In this document: positions 38,789 through 48,091 of the stretch, one piece after another
Position numbering within the stretch: position 1 is the first letter of the stretch
Layout: each line of letters begins with the position of its first letter
Notes under the pieces: model-generated
The model's database searches: none
Told to the model about the DNA's origin: nothing
What the model saw: the letters and a program-made list of their open reading frames with translations, nothing else
From: Planctomycetota bacterium
Lineage (GTDB): Bacteria > Planctomycetota > Phycisphaerae > Phycisphaerales > SM1A02
Direction: 5' to 3'
NCBI GenBank assembly: GCA_009926625.1
Contig: RFON01000011.1
Coordinates: forward strand, 4,713-68,712
Length of the DNA stretch: 64,000 nt
Program-made: the position numbers and the translations under genes

Positions 38789-39241
38789 TCACCACGACGG
38801 GCGCTGCCGCGCCGGCGGATAGATCGTCGATGCATACGCCTGCTCTGGTGGCGCAAGGTGCTGATCGATGGTCCACTGACGCCAACGCTGATACGCCGAG
38901 AAGCGCAGCGGCTCGGAATCGTCGAACTGGTAGCCGAGGTCTTGCCCCGTCATTCGCTGCAGTGCGCCGATGGCCATGTAGCGAAGCAAGTCGTCGTCCG
39001 AGCAAAGGCACTCGACGATCTGCGGGATCTGGTCGCGGCGATTGAACTTGACTGCGTCCTCGATCGCGTAGATCCGCGCGCCTGGGGCGGGGTTCGAGAA
39101 GCCGCCTTCCGTTGCGCTTGGCGCACAAGCGCTCAGTGCGAGACCGGTTGTCGATGCGAGGACGACGGTTGCAAACCATCGACTGGTTCGGTCGATCGAG
39201 CTGTGGGGACAACGCCGCTGCATGCCGCCAAGGATAGCCAT
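38789..39241 (-). CDS. Lipoprotein with a HEAT-like repeat
   Basis: Lipobox [34 protein letters not shown] is HEAT-like. Its stop abuts the kinase start. The start is uncertain (39223, 39241 or 39301). Confidence 0.55.
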   Translation of the reverse strand: MAILGGMQRRCPHSSIDRTSRWFATVVLASTTGLALSACAPSATEGGFSNPAPGARIYAIEDAVKFNRRDQIPQIVECLCSDDDLLRYMAIGALQRMTGQDLGYQFDDSEPLRFSAYQRWRQWTIDQHLAPPEQAYASTIYPPARQRPSW

Positions 39242-39282
39242 GTCGCCGCTACGATCCCGCCCTTCCATCCACGGCAGAATCG

Positions 39283-40863
39283 ATGGCTCCATCAGATCCA
39301 AACACTCCGCAGACCGAGACGGTCTTGATCCTCGATTTCGGGAGTCAGTACGCGCAGCTGATTGCTCGCCGGGTTCGTGAGGCGGGCGTGTTCAGCCTGC
39401 TGATGCGACCGGATGCGCCGCTCGATGAAATCCGCGCGCACAAGCCCCGCGGGATCATCCTGTCGGGCGGACCGTCGAGCGTGTCGGAACACGCTGCACC
39501 GCGCTGCGATCAGCGCGTGTTCGAGTTGGGGGTGCCCGTGCTCGGCATCTGTTACGGCATGCAACTGACCGCGCAACTTCTCGGCGGTCGCGTGGAGGGG
39601 GCGCCGCACCGTGAGTACGGTCGAGCGCAGCTGAAGTTGAACGCACCCCGTGGTGGGTCGGGCGGGCTCATGCACGGCGTGCCTGATGGCGCAACGGTTT
39701 GGATGAGCCATGGCGATCAAGTGCTGGCGCTGCCGAGCGGATTCGCCACGATCGCCTCCACGCCGACCTGCCCGTTCGCCGCGGTGGAGGACCGCGCACG
39801 GCGCATCTTTGGCGTGCAATTCCACCCCGAAGTGACGCACACGCCGCATGGCATGGACATCATCCGCAACTTCCTGTTCCAGGAGTGTGGCTGTGCTGGA
39901 AGCTGGCGCATGGCGGACTTCGTGGAGGCGGAGTGCAGCCGCATTCGTGCTCGGGTCGGGTCGTCGCGCGTGCTGTGCGGACTGTCTGGCGGCGTCGACA
40001 GTTCGGTGGTCGCTGCGCTTCTTGCGCGAGCAATCGGACGACAGCTGTGCTGCATCTTTGTCGACAACGGATTGCTGCGCAAGGGCGAGCGGGAGCTCGT
40101 CGAATCGACATTCCGCGGGCACTTCGATGTCGACTTGCGTGTGATCGATGCGGGGGCGGAGTTTCTGGGGGACCTGTCTGGTGTTGCCGATCCGCAGCAG
40201 AAGCGGCGGCTCATCGGGCACCGATTCATCGATGTCTTCAAGCGTGCGTCCAAGTCCATCGAAGGCGAAGTGCGATTCCTCGCTCAGGGCACGCTGTATC
40301 CCGATGTCATCGAGAGCGGTCACGGGCATGCAGGAACCGCCGCAAACATCAAGTTGCACCACAATGTCGGCGGACTCCCGGAGGATCTTGGATTCGAATT
40401 GGTCGAGCCGCTTCGAAGCCTGTTCAAGGATGAAGTCCGCAAGCTCGGCGAGGTGCTTGGATTGCCCGAATCGATCGTGTGGCGCCACCCGTTCCCTGGG
40501 CCTGGTCTTGCGGTGCGCTGCCTCGGACCAGTCAGCGAGGAGCAACTGCGAGTGCTTCGCGACTGCGACGAGATCTTGCTGGAGGAGATCGTGTCGGCAG
40601 GGCTCTATCGACAGACAGATCAGGTCTTTGCCGTGCTCCTTCCCGTCAAGAGCGTCGGCGTGATGGGGGATGGGCGCACCTACGACTCCGTTGTCGCGGT
40701 GCGCGCCGTGACAACGCAGGACTTCATGACCGCGGACTGGGCTCGGTTGCCGAACGAGGTGCTGGCGAGCATTTCAAGTCGGCTCATCAACGAGGTCAAA
40801 GGAGTCAACCGCGTGGTGTACGACATCAGCAGCAAGCCGCCCGCCACGATCGAGTGGGAGTGA
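39283..40863 (+). CDS. guaA: GMP synthase (glutamine-hydrolysing)
   Basis: [28 protein letters not shown]-loop SGGVDSSV, C-terminal KPPATIEWE. Confidence 0.95.
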   Translation: MAPSDPNTPQTETVLILDFGSQYAQLIARRVREAGVFSLLMRPDAPLDEIRAHKPRGIILSGGPSSVSEHAAPRCDQRVFELGVPVLGICYGMQLTAQLLGGRVEGAPHREYGRAQLKLNAPRGGSGGLMHGVPDGATVWMSHGDQVLALPSGFATIASTPTCPFAAVEDRARRIFGVQFHPEVTHTPHGMDIIRNFLFQECGCAGSWRMADFVEAECSRIRARVGSSRVLCGLSGGVDSSVVAALLARAIGRQLCCIFVDNGLLRKGERELVESTFRGHFDVDLRVIDAGAEFLGDLSGVADPQQKRRLIGHRFIDVFKRASKSIEGEVRFLAQGTLYPDVIESGHGHAGTAANIKLHHNVGGLPEDLGFELVEPLRSLFKDEVRKLGEVLGLPESIVWRHPFPGPGLAVRCLGPVSEEQLRVLRDCDEILLEEIVSAGLYRQTDQVFAVLLPVKSVGVMGDGRTYDSVVAVRAVTTQDFMTADWARLPNEVLASISSRLINEVKGVNRVVYDISSKPPATIEWE

Positions 40864-40876
40864 TGCGGCCGCGCGT

Positions 40877-42007
40877 TCAGCGCGCGCCGCCGCGCTCACC
40901 GCCGGCACCCCGATCTCCGCCGACGCCTGGCATCACGCCATTGGGAGTTGGCGGCAGACCGCGTGCGCCGCTGCGATTCCAAATGTTGTTGATTCCATTT
41001 CGTCCGAAGCCGTTCACACTCAGATCGGTGCCCGCGGGATATCCGTAGAGATCTGGGTAGGTATCGGAATACGAATTGTAATTCGAACCCGCGTAGTAGC
41101 CGTTGTTCCCGAAGTTGACGTTGTAGTCGTTGCCTGGGGGCGTGTTGCCGTAATAGGCACCGCCGCTGTAGGCGCCTGCGTAGAAGCCGCCCTTGGCCCC
41201 CGCGTAACTCCACGGCGTGTTGACACCCACAACATTGGGCGCATTGACGCCGACGCCGCCACCTGGACCTGCGGAGGTGCCTTCACCGGTTCCACCCTCG
41301 TTCGCCCCATAGCCCTGACTGAACCCATAGTTGAAGTTCATGCCGGTGTCGTGGGGCTGCTGATCCCAAATCTGGTGCAGCGCGTCGAGGTGCTGCAAGT
41401 ACGCCTGTTGCTTTTCGTCAGCCGCCTTGTTGGCCGCCGCGTACCGTTCCTTCTGCGCGTCGCGCTGTTTCGCGGCATACGCAGGCGCCCACTGTTGATA
41501 GCCAACGAGGGAGTCCTTGCTCTGCAGATACGCGGAGATCAGGGCAACGGTCTGGAAGTTCTTGTTCTGGGCGTTCCAAGATTCCTGGGCGAGCGTCGTG
41601 GTCGCTGCCACTTGCCGCGTCATCGCATCGATGTCCGTCGTGGATGGAACGGGGACGCCTGCCATCTTCTCGTTCTGCAGCGCGCCCTGATAGCCCTGCA
41701 TGAAAGAGGTTCCCGCGGGCACCGCGGTGGTGCTGGACGAATACGCATACCAACCATCCATCAGGTTCTTTTCCTTCATGTACGCATTCATCGCGCTGAT
41801 GCGGTCTTCCGAATTCTTGCGCGAGTTGCCAATGCTGTGGAGCATGTTGCGCAGCGCGTTCAACTCCTGCTGCAGGCTGACGAGCGCGGCTTGGACCTGT
41901 GGGTGGACGGTCGCCGGCTGCGACGCGCCATCTTGGGCGGAGGCTGTCGTGGCGGAGAGGAACGAGGTGGCGAGGACGGTCAGGGCAACGAGCGGAAACT
42001 TGATCAT
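40877..42007 (-). CDS. Secreted protein with a helical N-terminal half and a Gly/Tyr/Asn-rich low-complexity C-terminal half
   Basis: In-frame ATG at 42007. Signal peptide MIKFPLVALTVLATSFLSATTASAQ. C-terminal GGFYAGAYSGGAYYGNTPPGNDYNVNFGNNGYYAGSNYNSYSDTYPDLYGY. Confidence 0.65.
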   Translation of the reverse strand: MIKFPLVALTVLATSFLSATTASAQDGASQPATVHPQVQAALVSLQQELNALRNMLHSIGNSRKNSEDRISAMNAYMKEKNLMDGWYAYSSSTTAVPAGTSFMQGYQGALQNEKMAGVPVPSTTDIDAMTRQVAATTTLAQESWNAQNKNFQTVALISAYLQSKDSLVGYQQWAPAYAAKQRDAQKERYAAANKAADEKQQAYLQHLDALHQIWDQQPHDTGMNFNYGFSQGYGANEGGTGEGTSAGPGGGVGVNAPNVVGVNTPWSYAGAKGGFYAGAYSGGAYYGNTPPGNDYNVNFGNNGYYAGSNYNSYSDTYPDLYGYPAGTDLSVNGFGRNGINNIWNRSGARGLPPTPNGVMPGVGGDRGAGGERGGAR

Positions 42008-42050
42008 GGAAGTGAGTGTAGCGGTGGAGCGCAGTGTGTACCGTGGGTGC

Positions 42051-42992
42051 GTGACGAACGCCGCACATCCGACGAGTCGCCGCAGTGCTTTGCAGAAGTG
42101 CATGCTGTGGGGAGGTGCGACGCTGTTCTGCGGCTGCGCCGCGCCGTCGGTGTTGACGCGCGATGGCAGCGTGCGTTCAAAATGGTCGCCGCGCATCAGT
42201 CTCGCGCAGTGGACATTCCACCGAGCGATCAAGTCGGGTGCCCTTGATCCGATGGAGTTCGCGCCGTTCGCCTCGGAGCAGGTCGGGGTTCGTGGCGTCG
42301 AGTATGTGAGCACTTTCTATCGAGCGATGCCGATGGATGGAAGCTGGGCGCATGGGCTGCGGCAGCGCGCTCGGGATGCGGGCACCGAGAGTCTGCTCAT
42401 CATGGTGGACGGGGAGGGGATGCTCGGCGCACCGTCGGCCGATGCTCGGCGTGCAGCGGTCGATGCGCATCGCAGGTGGCTGGATGTCGCTGCCGTGCTC
42501 GGATGCCACGCGATCCGCGTGAACGCGCTCGGCGAGGGCGATGCTGCGGCGCAGGTGGAGCCGTGCGCGGATGGAATGTCGATGCTGTGCGAGCACGCGG
42601 CGAAGCAGGGGCTTTGGGTGCTGATCGAAAATCACGGCGGATGTTCGTGTGACGGCGGCTGGGTCGCCGAGGTCGTTCGACGGAGCAAGGCTGCGAACCT
42701 GGGGACGCTGCCCGACTTCGGGAACTTCCGCTGCGAGGATGGGTCCGAAGGCGACCGCTACGAAGGCGTGGCAGCGATGCTGCCCTTCGCGCGTGCGCTG
42801 AGCGCGAAGAGCCATGACTTCACCGCGGATGGCAACGAGCAGCACACGGACTATGCGCGGATGCTGCGGCTTGCCGAGCGGGCTGGATACTCGGGTTGGG
42901 TGGGCATCGAGTACGAGGGCAAGGTGCTGGGCGAAGTCGACGGCGCACGCCGCACCCGCGACTTGCTGCTCCGTCTCGGCTGCCGAATCTGA
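42051..42992 (+). CDS. Sugar phosphate isomerase/epimerase (xylose isomerase-like TIM barrel), probable Tat signal
   Basis: The GTG at 42051 gives TSRRSALQKCMLWGGATLF (twin-Arg-like signal). The ATG at 42102 is the alternative start. AIRVNA, VLIENHGG, VGIEYEG. Confidence 0.65.
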   Translation: MTNAAHPTSRRSALQKCMLWGGATLFCGCAAPSVLTRDGSVRSKWSPRISLAQWTFHRAIKSGALDPMEFAPFASEQVGVRGVEYVSTFYRAMPMDGSWAHGLRQRARDAGTESLLIMVDGEGMLGAPSADARRAAVDAHRRWLDVAAVLGCHAIRVNALGEGDAAAQVEPCADGMSMLCEHAAKQGLWVLIENHGGCSCDGGWVAEVVRRSKAANLGTLPDFGNFRCEDGSEGDRYEGVAAMLPFARALSAKSHDFTADGNEQHTDYARMLRLAERAGYSGWVGIEYEGKVLGEVDGARRTRDLLLRLGCRI

Positions 42993-43058
42993 ATCTGGCG
43001 TTGGGCGATTTCGCCGAATCCGCGCGTGATTTGTCGGGCCACTCGCTACCTTACGACC

Positions 43059-44183
43059 ATGGCACACGATCGAAACTGGGCGGAGTCCACGGCTGCGATG
43101 GGGCACCAGCGCGCGTCTGCGGTGTTGGTGACGGGAGCAAGTGGAGAGATGGGGCATGGGCTGCTCGGAAGCCTCGCAGCGGAGCGGGCGGTCGGCGGTC
43201 CCGCCGTCATTGCGGTGGACATCCGTGAACTCGATGCGTCCATCCGCGCCAAGTGCGATCACGCGTTCGTGGGCGACATTTGCGATCACGCGCTGTTGGA
43301 ACGGCTGCTCGCGATGTACGAGATCACCGAGATCTATCACCTCGCCGCGCTGCTTTCGACGCGAAGCGAATTCGCGCCGGAAACTGCGCATCAGGTCAAT
43401 GTCGGTGGCACGCTGAACCTGCTTCACCTTGCGGCGGAGCAGGCGCGCTCGCACGGAAGCACCGTGCGCTTCTTCTTTCCAAGCAGCATCGCTGCCTACG
43501 GCATGCCGGATCTGAAGACCAAGCATGCCGCGCGTGCCGTCGATGAGTCTTCGTATTGTGAACCGCACACGATGTACGGATGCAACAAGCTCGCGGGGGA
43601 ACATCTGGGGCGTTACTACAGCGCTCACTACCGCAAGCTCGCGAAGGACCGCATCGCACATCCCGTCGACTTTCGTTCCATCCGATTCCCTGGAATCATC
43701 TCGGCGGACACCGTGCCCAGCGGCGGCACCAGTGACTACGGGCCCGAGATGATCCACGCCGCGGCGGCGGGGACGCCGTACCGCTGCTTCGTGCGACCCG
43801 ATTCGACCATCCCGTTCATGACGATGCCCGAGGCGATCGAGGCGGCGACTCGGCTGATGCGCGCGCCAGCGGCGCGCCTCACGCGGTGCGTCTACAACGT
43901 TGCGAGTTTCTCGCCGAGTGCCGAGGATTTCGCTGCACTCGTGCGTGATGCGTTCCCGAATGCACAGATCGACTTTGATCCCGACCTGGGACGGCAGTCG
44001 ATCGTCGATTCATGGCCAGCGGTGTGTGACGACTCTGCGGCTCGCCGCGACTGGGGGTGGAAGCCCACCTACACGCTCGACGGTGCATTCGCCGAGTACT
44101 TGCTTCCGATCATCGCGCGGCGCTACGGTGTGCGAACCGCCACGGCGGGACGGCATGCGGGCGCGCCTAGACTGGAAGGGTGA
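43059..44183 (+). CDS. tdh: NAD-dependent epimerase/dehydratase-type L-threonine 3-dehydrogenase
   Basis: VLVTGASGEMGHGL Rossmann fold, YGCNK catalytic YxxxK. Translationally coupled (GTGA) to kbl. Confidence 0.72.
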   Translation: MAHDRNWAESTAAMGHQRASAVLVTGASGEMGHGLLGSLAAERAVGGPAVIAVDIRELDASIRAKCDHAFVGDICDHALLERLLAMYEITEIYHLAALLSTRSEFAPETAHQVNVGGTLNLLHLAAEQARSHGSTVRFFFPSSIAAYGMPDLKTKHAARAVDESSYCEPHTMYGCNKLAGEHLGRYYSAHYRKLAKDRIAHPVDFRSIRFPGIISADTVPSGGTSDYGPEMIHAAAAGTPYRCFVRPDSTIPFMTMPEAIEAATRLMRAPAARLTRCVYNVASFSPSAEDFAALVRDAFPNAQIDFDPDLGRQSIVDSWPAVCDDSAARRDWGWKPTYTLDGAFAEYLLPIIARRYGVRTATAGRHAGAPRLEG

Positions 44184-45457
44184 GCACTTCCACCGCGATA
44201 GCGTTCCCCTCCCGCACGGAGCAGATCCTCGAGTCCCTTCGCAGCAGCGGACAGCTGAAGTTGCTCCAAGTCATCGAGGGACCGATGGACGCCACCGTGC
44301 GACTGCGCGGCTTTGGTGAGGTGGTCTGTCTGTGCTCGAACAACTACCTCGGACTTGCCAATCATCCAGAGGTGATCGAGGCGGCACATGAGGGACTGCG
44401 CCGCTACGGAGCTGGAACAGCGAGCGTGCGTTTCATTTGCGGCACCTTCGATTGCCACGAGCGCCTCGAGGCGCGAATCGCATCGTTCTACGGCGTTGAG
44501 GCGGCGTACTCCTTCACCAGCTGCTGGAACGCCAACGAGGCGATCTTCCCGACGCTCTGCGAGCCCGGCGACATGATCGTGTCGGATGAACTGAACCATG
44601 CGTCGATCATTGATGGCATTCGACTTGCCGTTTCCATCAAGAAGGGGTTGCACCGCGCGGTGTACAAGCACAACGACATGAACGCGCTTGACGATCGGCT
44701 GCGCGAGGCGCGCGCGAATGCCGCCGTCACCGGCACGATTTGGGTGGTGACCGATGGCGTGTTCTCGATGGAGGGTGACATTGCGGACCTGCCGTCGCTG
44801 CGGGAGGTCTGCGATCGGCATGGCGCCCTGTTGGTTGTTGACGATTCGCACGGCACGGGCGTGATGGGTGCGACAGGACGAGGAACGCATGAGCACTGGG
44901 GAATGCCTGCCACGCGCGTCGATTTCTTCACGGGCACGCTGGGCAAGGCACTCGGCGGCGCCGCGGGCGGTTACATCGCGGGTTCGCGTGCAGGCATCGA
45001 CTTGCTCATTCAGCGCGGTCGGCCCACGCTGTTCTCCAATGCGCTTCCATGCACCGTGGCATGCAGCGCCGACAAGGCGATCGAGGTCCTCATGCGTGAA
45101 CCGCAGCGCGTGCAGCGGTTGCGGGACATGGTTGCACTTGCGCGCGAGGGAATCACGCGAGCGGGGTTCCAGGTGCTGAAGAGCCCGACGGCCATCTGTC
45201 CGATCATCGTGCACGACACGGCGCGGGCCATCGCCATGAGCCGACGACTGCTTGAACTCGGCGTCTTCGTGATCGGCTTCGGGTATCCAGTCGTGCCCGA
45301 GGGGCATGCTCGGCTGCGCGTGCAGATTTCCGCGGCGCACACGCCTGAGCACATGCGAACGCTGGAAATCGCGCTCGCGAAGCTCTACGCGGAAACTGCG
45401 GTGTCTGCGGGCAACGACCCCCGACATACGGAGGTTGGCGGGAGCCGAGCACGATGA
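44180..45457 (+). CDS. kbl: Glycine C-acetyltransferase (2-amino-3-ketobutyrate CoA ligase)
   Basis: NNYLGLANHPEVIEAA, DDSHGTGVMG, PLP-Lys region FTGTLGKALGG. Confidence 0.88.
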   Translation: MSTSTAIAFPSRTEQILESLRSSGQLKLLQVIEGPMDATVRLRGFGEVVCLCSNNYLGLANHPEVIEAAHEGLRRYGAGTASVRFICGTFDCHERLEARIASFYGVEAAYSFTSCWNANEAIFPTLCEPGDMIVSDELNHASIIDGIRLAVSIKKGLHRAVYKHNDMNALDDRLREARANAAVTGTIWVVTDGVFSMEGDIADLPSLREVCDRHGALLVVDDSHGTGVMGATGRGTHEHWGMPATRVDFFTGTLGKALGGAAGGYIAGSRAGIDLLIQRGRPTLFSNALPCTVACSADKAIEVLMREPQRVQRLRDMVALAREGITRAGFQVLKSPTAICPIIVHDTARAIAMSRRLLELGVFVIGFGYPVVPEGHARLRVQISAAHTPEHMRTLEIALAKLYAETAVSAGNDPRHTEVGGSRAR

Positions 45458-46911
45458 TCATCCGTCGCGTGACGGAACCGCTGCTCAGCCACAACTGCTG
45501 GATCATCGCGTGTCCTCGAACGCGGCAAGCACTGCTCGTGGACCCGGTGCGCGATCCTTCCGCTTGCCTCGCTGCGGCGACCGATCTGCGGGTGAATGTC
45601 GTGCGCGTTCTTGAAACGCACACGCCTTCGGACTATGTGTCAGGCGTCTGCGAAGTGCTCGTGCGGACCGCGGCGACGGCGCTTCTTTCCGCGGCGGAGC
45701 CGAAGCCGCGCTGGTACAGCGAGCGCGCCGACCGTTGGCGCGATCGGGTGCAATTCCTGACGGACGGAGACACATTTCGGATCGGTGACCTGGAATGCGG
45801 AGTGATGCACTCGCCAGGGCACACGGTCGGCTCGATCACCGTACTGCTGTCTCATCCCGCAACCGGCACTCGCGCCCTGCTTGCGGGCGATGCGCTCCTC
45901 GCGGGCGGTCTCGGTGCGCTGCACCCAGACCATGGCGGGCACATGTGCGAGACGCTTCGCCGACTGTGCCTGCTTCCTGACGATGTGCTCCTGCTGTCGG
46001 CGCATGATGCGGGAAGCGCGTGTGGCACTGGAATCGAACTGCCTGGCGCCACGAACATCGGCGTGGAGCGGCGTTTCAATCGGCTACTGGTGGCTGTGCA
46101 AATGGGCGACGACAGCGCGGTCCTCCAGCGGCTCGCCCAGCTCGACCGCCCGTCGTACTTCGCGCGGATCGAATCGATCAACGAGCGTTCCCGCGTGGAT
46201 TTGCTCCTGCAGGGCACCGCGCCAGACCGACTGCATCAGGACACATTCCTGCAGTTGCTGACGCTGCCCAACACGATGGTGATCGACACGCGCAGCTGGT
46301 CGAGTTTCCGTGCCGATGGCGTCGTGGGAGCCGTGCACGCACCGCTCGACAAGGACTTCATGACGACCGTCGGCACTGCCGTCGATTCGGAGGAGGACAT
46401 CACTTTCATCGCCGACGCCAACGAGGCACACGAGGTTGTGCATGCGCTGCGCCTGCTCGGGCTCGATCGCATTCGCGGTTGGATCGCGACGGAGGATTAC
46501 AACCAACTGGAACGCGGGCTCCTGGATCTCAGCGATCTCGAGGAGATCGGCATCCGGCGTGCGGCGGACCTGTACGCGCGCGGCGAATGCGTGATGCTGG
46601 ATGTCCGCACATCCACCGAATGGGGGCGTGGCCATGTCCGTGGGGCGCACCTCGTCACGCTGTCGCAGTTGGCGGAGCATGTGCAGCGCCTGCCCCGCGA
46701 CCGTCTGTTGGTGGCGTATTGTCGCTCTGGCGGGCGAAGTGCACGAGCGTGCTCTTTCCTCGCGAGGCGTGGGTTCAACTGTGCCACACTTCAGGGCGGC
46801 TACTTCCCATGGCTCGGGCGCGGACTTCCTGTCGATGAGGAGTTCGGGGCGCCACCGAGCGATGCAACGGTCATTCCCGCGGGCAGTGCTCCGACTGGCG
46901 CGGCGGTGTAG
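45454..46911 (+). CDS. MBL-fold protein fused to two rhodanese-like domains
   Basis: ATGA overlap with kbl. MBL fold (HSPGHTVGS), but the first metal motif reads THTPSDY rather than HxHxDH. C-terminal rhodanese active-site loop CRSGGRS. Confidence 0.7.
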   Translation: MIIRRVTEPLLSHNCWIIACPRTRQALLVDPVRDPSACLAAATDLRVNVVRVLETHTPSDYVSGVCEVLVRTAATALLSAAEPKPRWYSERADRWRDRVQFLTDGDTFRIGDLECGVMHSPGHTVGSITVLLSHPATGTRALLAGDALLAGGLGALHPDHGGHMCETLRRLCLLPDDVLLLSAHDAGSACGTGIELPGATNIGVERRFNRLLVAVQMGDDSAVLQRLAQLDRPSYFARIESINERSRVDLLLQGTAPDRLHQDTFLQLLTLPNTMVIDTRSWSSFRADGVVGAVHAPLDKDFMTTVGTAVDSEEDITFIADANEAHEVVHALRLLGLDRIRGWIATEDYNQLERGLLDLSDLEEIGIRRAADLYARGECVMLDVRTSTEWGRGHVRGAHLVTLSQLAEHVQRLPRDRLLVAYCRSGGRSARACSFLARRGFNCATLQGGYFPWLGRGLPVDEEFGAPPSDATVIPAGSAPTGAAV

Positions 46912-46917
46912 GAGCCG

Positions 46918-48021
46918 TCAATCCTTCACCGAAAGCGTTGGTTGCATGAGACCGTGTCCGTGCGACTCGATCGACACCTGGCTCGCCACACGCTGGCAGA
47001 TTCCGTCGAGTGCGGCAGCGAGGGCAGGAGTGCCGCTCCAATTCTTCAGGGGCGTTCCTGCGTCACAGTTTCGGCGCAGTTCCACATGGATGGGCAGCGC
47101 GCCCAAGAACGGCAATCCCATCGTGGACGCCATCACCTCTGCGCCGCCCCGCCCGAAGAGGTCGTGCACCGTGCCGTCATCATCGGTGAACGCACTCATG
47201 TTCTCCACGACACCGAGCACGGGGATGTGAAGCTGCTGGAACATTCGTACTGCGCGTCTCGCATCATCCTGTGCAACGCGCTGCGGAGTGCAGACGACCA
47301 CCGCGCCCGTCAGCGGAAGCAGCTGAGCAAGTGTCAGCGGCACATCGCCCGTGCCTGGTGGGAGGTCCACGATCAGGTAGTCGAGTGCGCCCCACTCGGT
47401 CTGCAGGGCAAGTTGCTTGAATGCTCCGTGCGCCATCGGACCTCGCCAGATGAGCGCCTTGTCGGGATCCACCAACTTGCCGATGGTGATCGCTTCGATG
47501 CCATGCACCGCGAACGGCACGAGAAATTCTCCGCGGACTGCGCCCTGGAGGTCGTCGAGGCCAAGCATCGTGGGTGCGCTCGGTCCGTAAATGTCACCGT
47601 CGAGCAGCCCGACGCTCGCTCCCATGCGAGCGAGCCCGACAGCAAGGTTGACACTGATGGTGCTCTTGCCGACGCCACCTTTGCCTGCGCCGACAGCGAT
47701 CACATGCTTCACCTGAGGCAATGGGTTTCCGCCGCCTTGGCTTGAGCGGGCCGCCGATCGCACTTGTGCGGTGAAGCGAACCTCGACCGACGGCGCGATG
47801 CTGCCGATGCTGCGCGCGCGTTCCGCGATCGCGCGCTCGATGTCCGAACGGATCGCATCCTTCATGGGGCATGCTGGGGTTGTCAATTCGATGTCGATGA
47901 CGGCGCGCTGACCTTCCATGGTGGCGCCGCGCACCATCCCGAGGGTCACGAGGTCCTTGCCAAGGTCGGGGTCCTTGACCGTACGGAGCGCGGATTGGAG
48001 TTCGGCATCATTCATGGACAT
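46918..48021 (-). CDS. apbC: Fe-S cluster carrier ATPase Mrp/ApbC (DUF59 + ParA-like P-loop)
   Basis: In-frame ATG at 48021. VKDPDLGKDLVTLGMV (DUF59), GKGGVGKSTISVNLA, DLPPGTGD. Confidence 0.88.
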   Translation of the reverse strand: MSMNDAELQSALRTVKDPDLGKDLVTLGMVRGATMEGQRAVIDIELTTPACPMKDAIRSDIERAIAERARSIGSIAPSVEVRFTAQVRSAARSSQGGGNPLPQVKHVIAVGAGKGGVGKSTISVNLAVGLARMGASVGLLDGDIYGPSAPTMLGLDDLQGAVRGEFLVPFAVHGIEAITIGKLVDPDKALIWRGPMAHGAFKQLALQTEWGALDYLIVDLPPGTGDVPLTLAQLLPLTGAVVVCTPQRVAQDDARRAVRMFQQLHIPVLGVVENMSAFTDDDGTVHDLFGRGGAEVMASTMGLPFLGALPIHVELRRNCDAGTPLKNWSGTPALAAALDGICQRVASQVSIESHGHGLMQPTLSVKD

Positions 48022-48091
48022 GGGAAATCGATGGTAGGGGCTGTCCCAATCGGAACATTCTGCGACAATCCTTGGCGAAAGGACTTCCACG

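Noticed and set aside
39292-40545. 417-aa minus-strand ORF
   Set aside because: Antisense to guaA, one of the most secure calls in the window.
42006-42050. ATG at 42006 as the start of the isomerase-like gene
   Set aside because: It would overlap the start codon of the divergent secreted-protein gene (42007), leaving no promoter space. The GTG at 42051 still retains the twin-arginine signal, so I preferred it. This call is uncertain.
42177-45427. 526-aa (42177..43757) and 434-aa (44123..45427) minus-strand ORFs
   Set aside because: Antisense to the isomerase, tdh and kbl genes. Arg/His-rich composition and no motifs.
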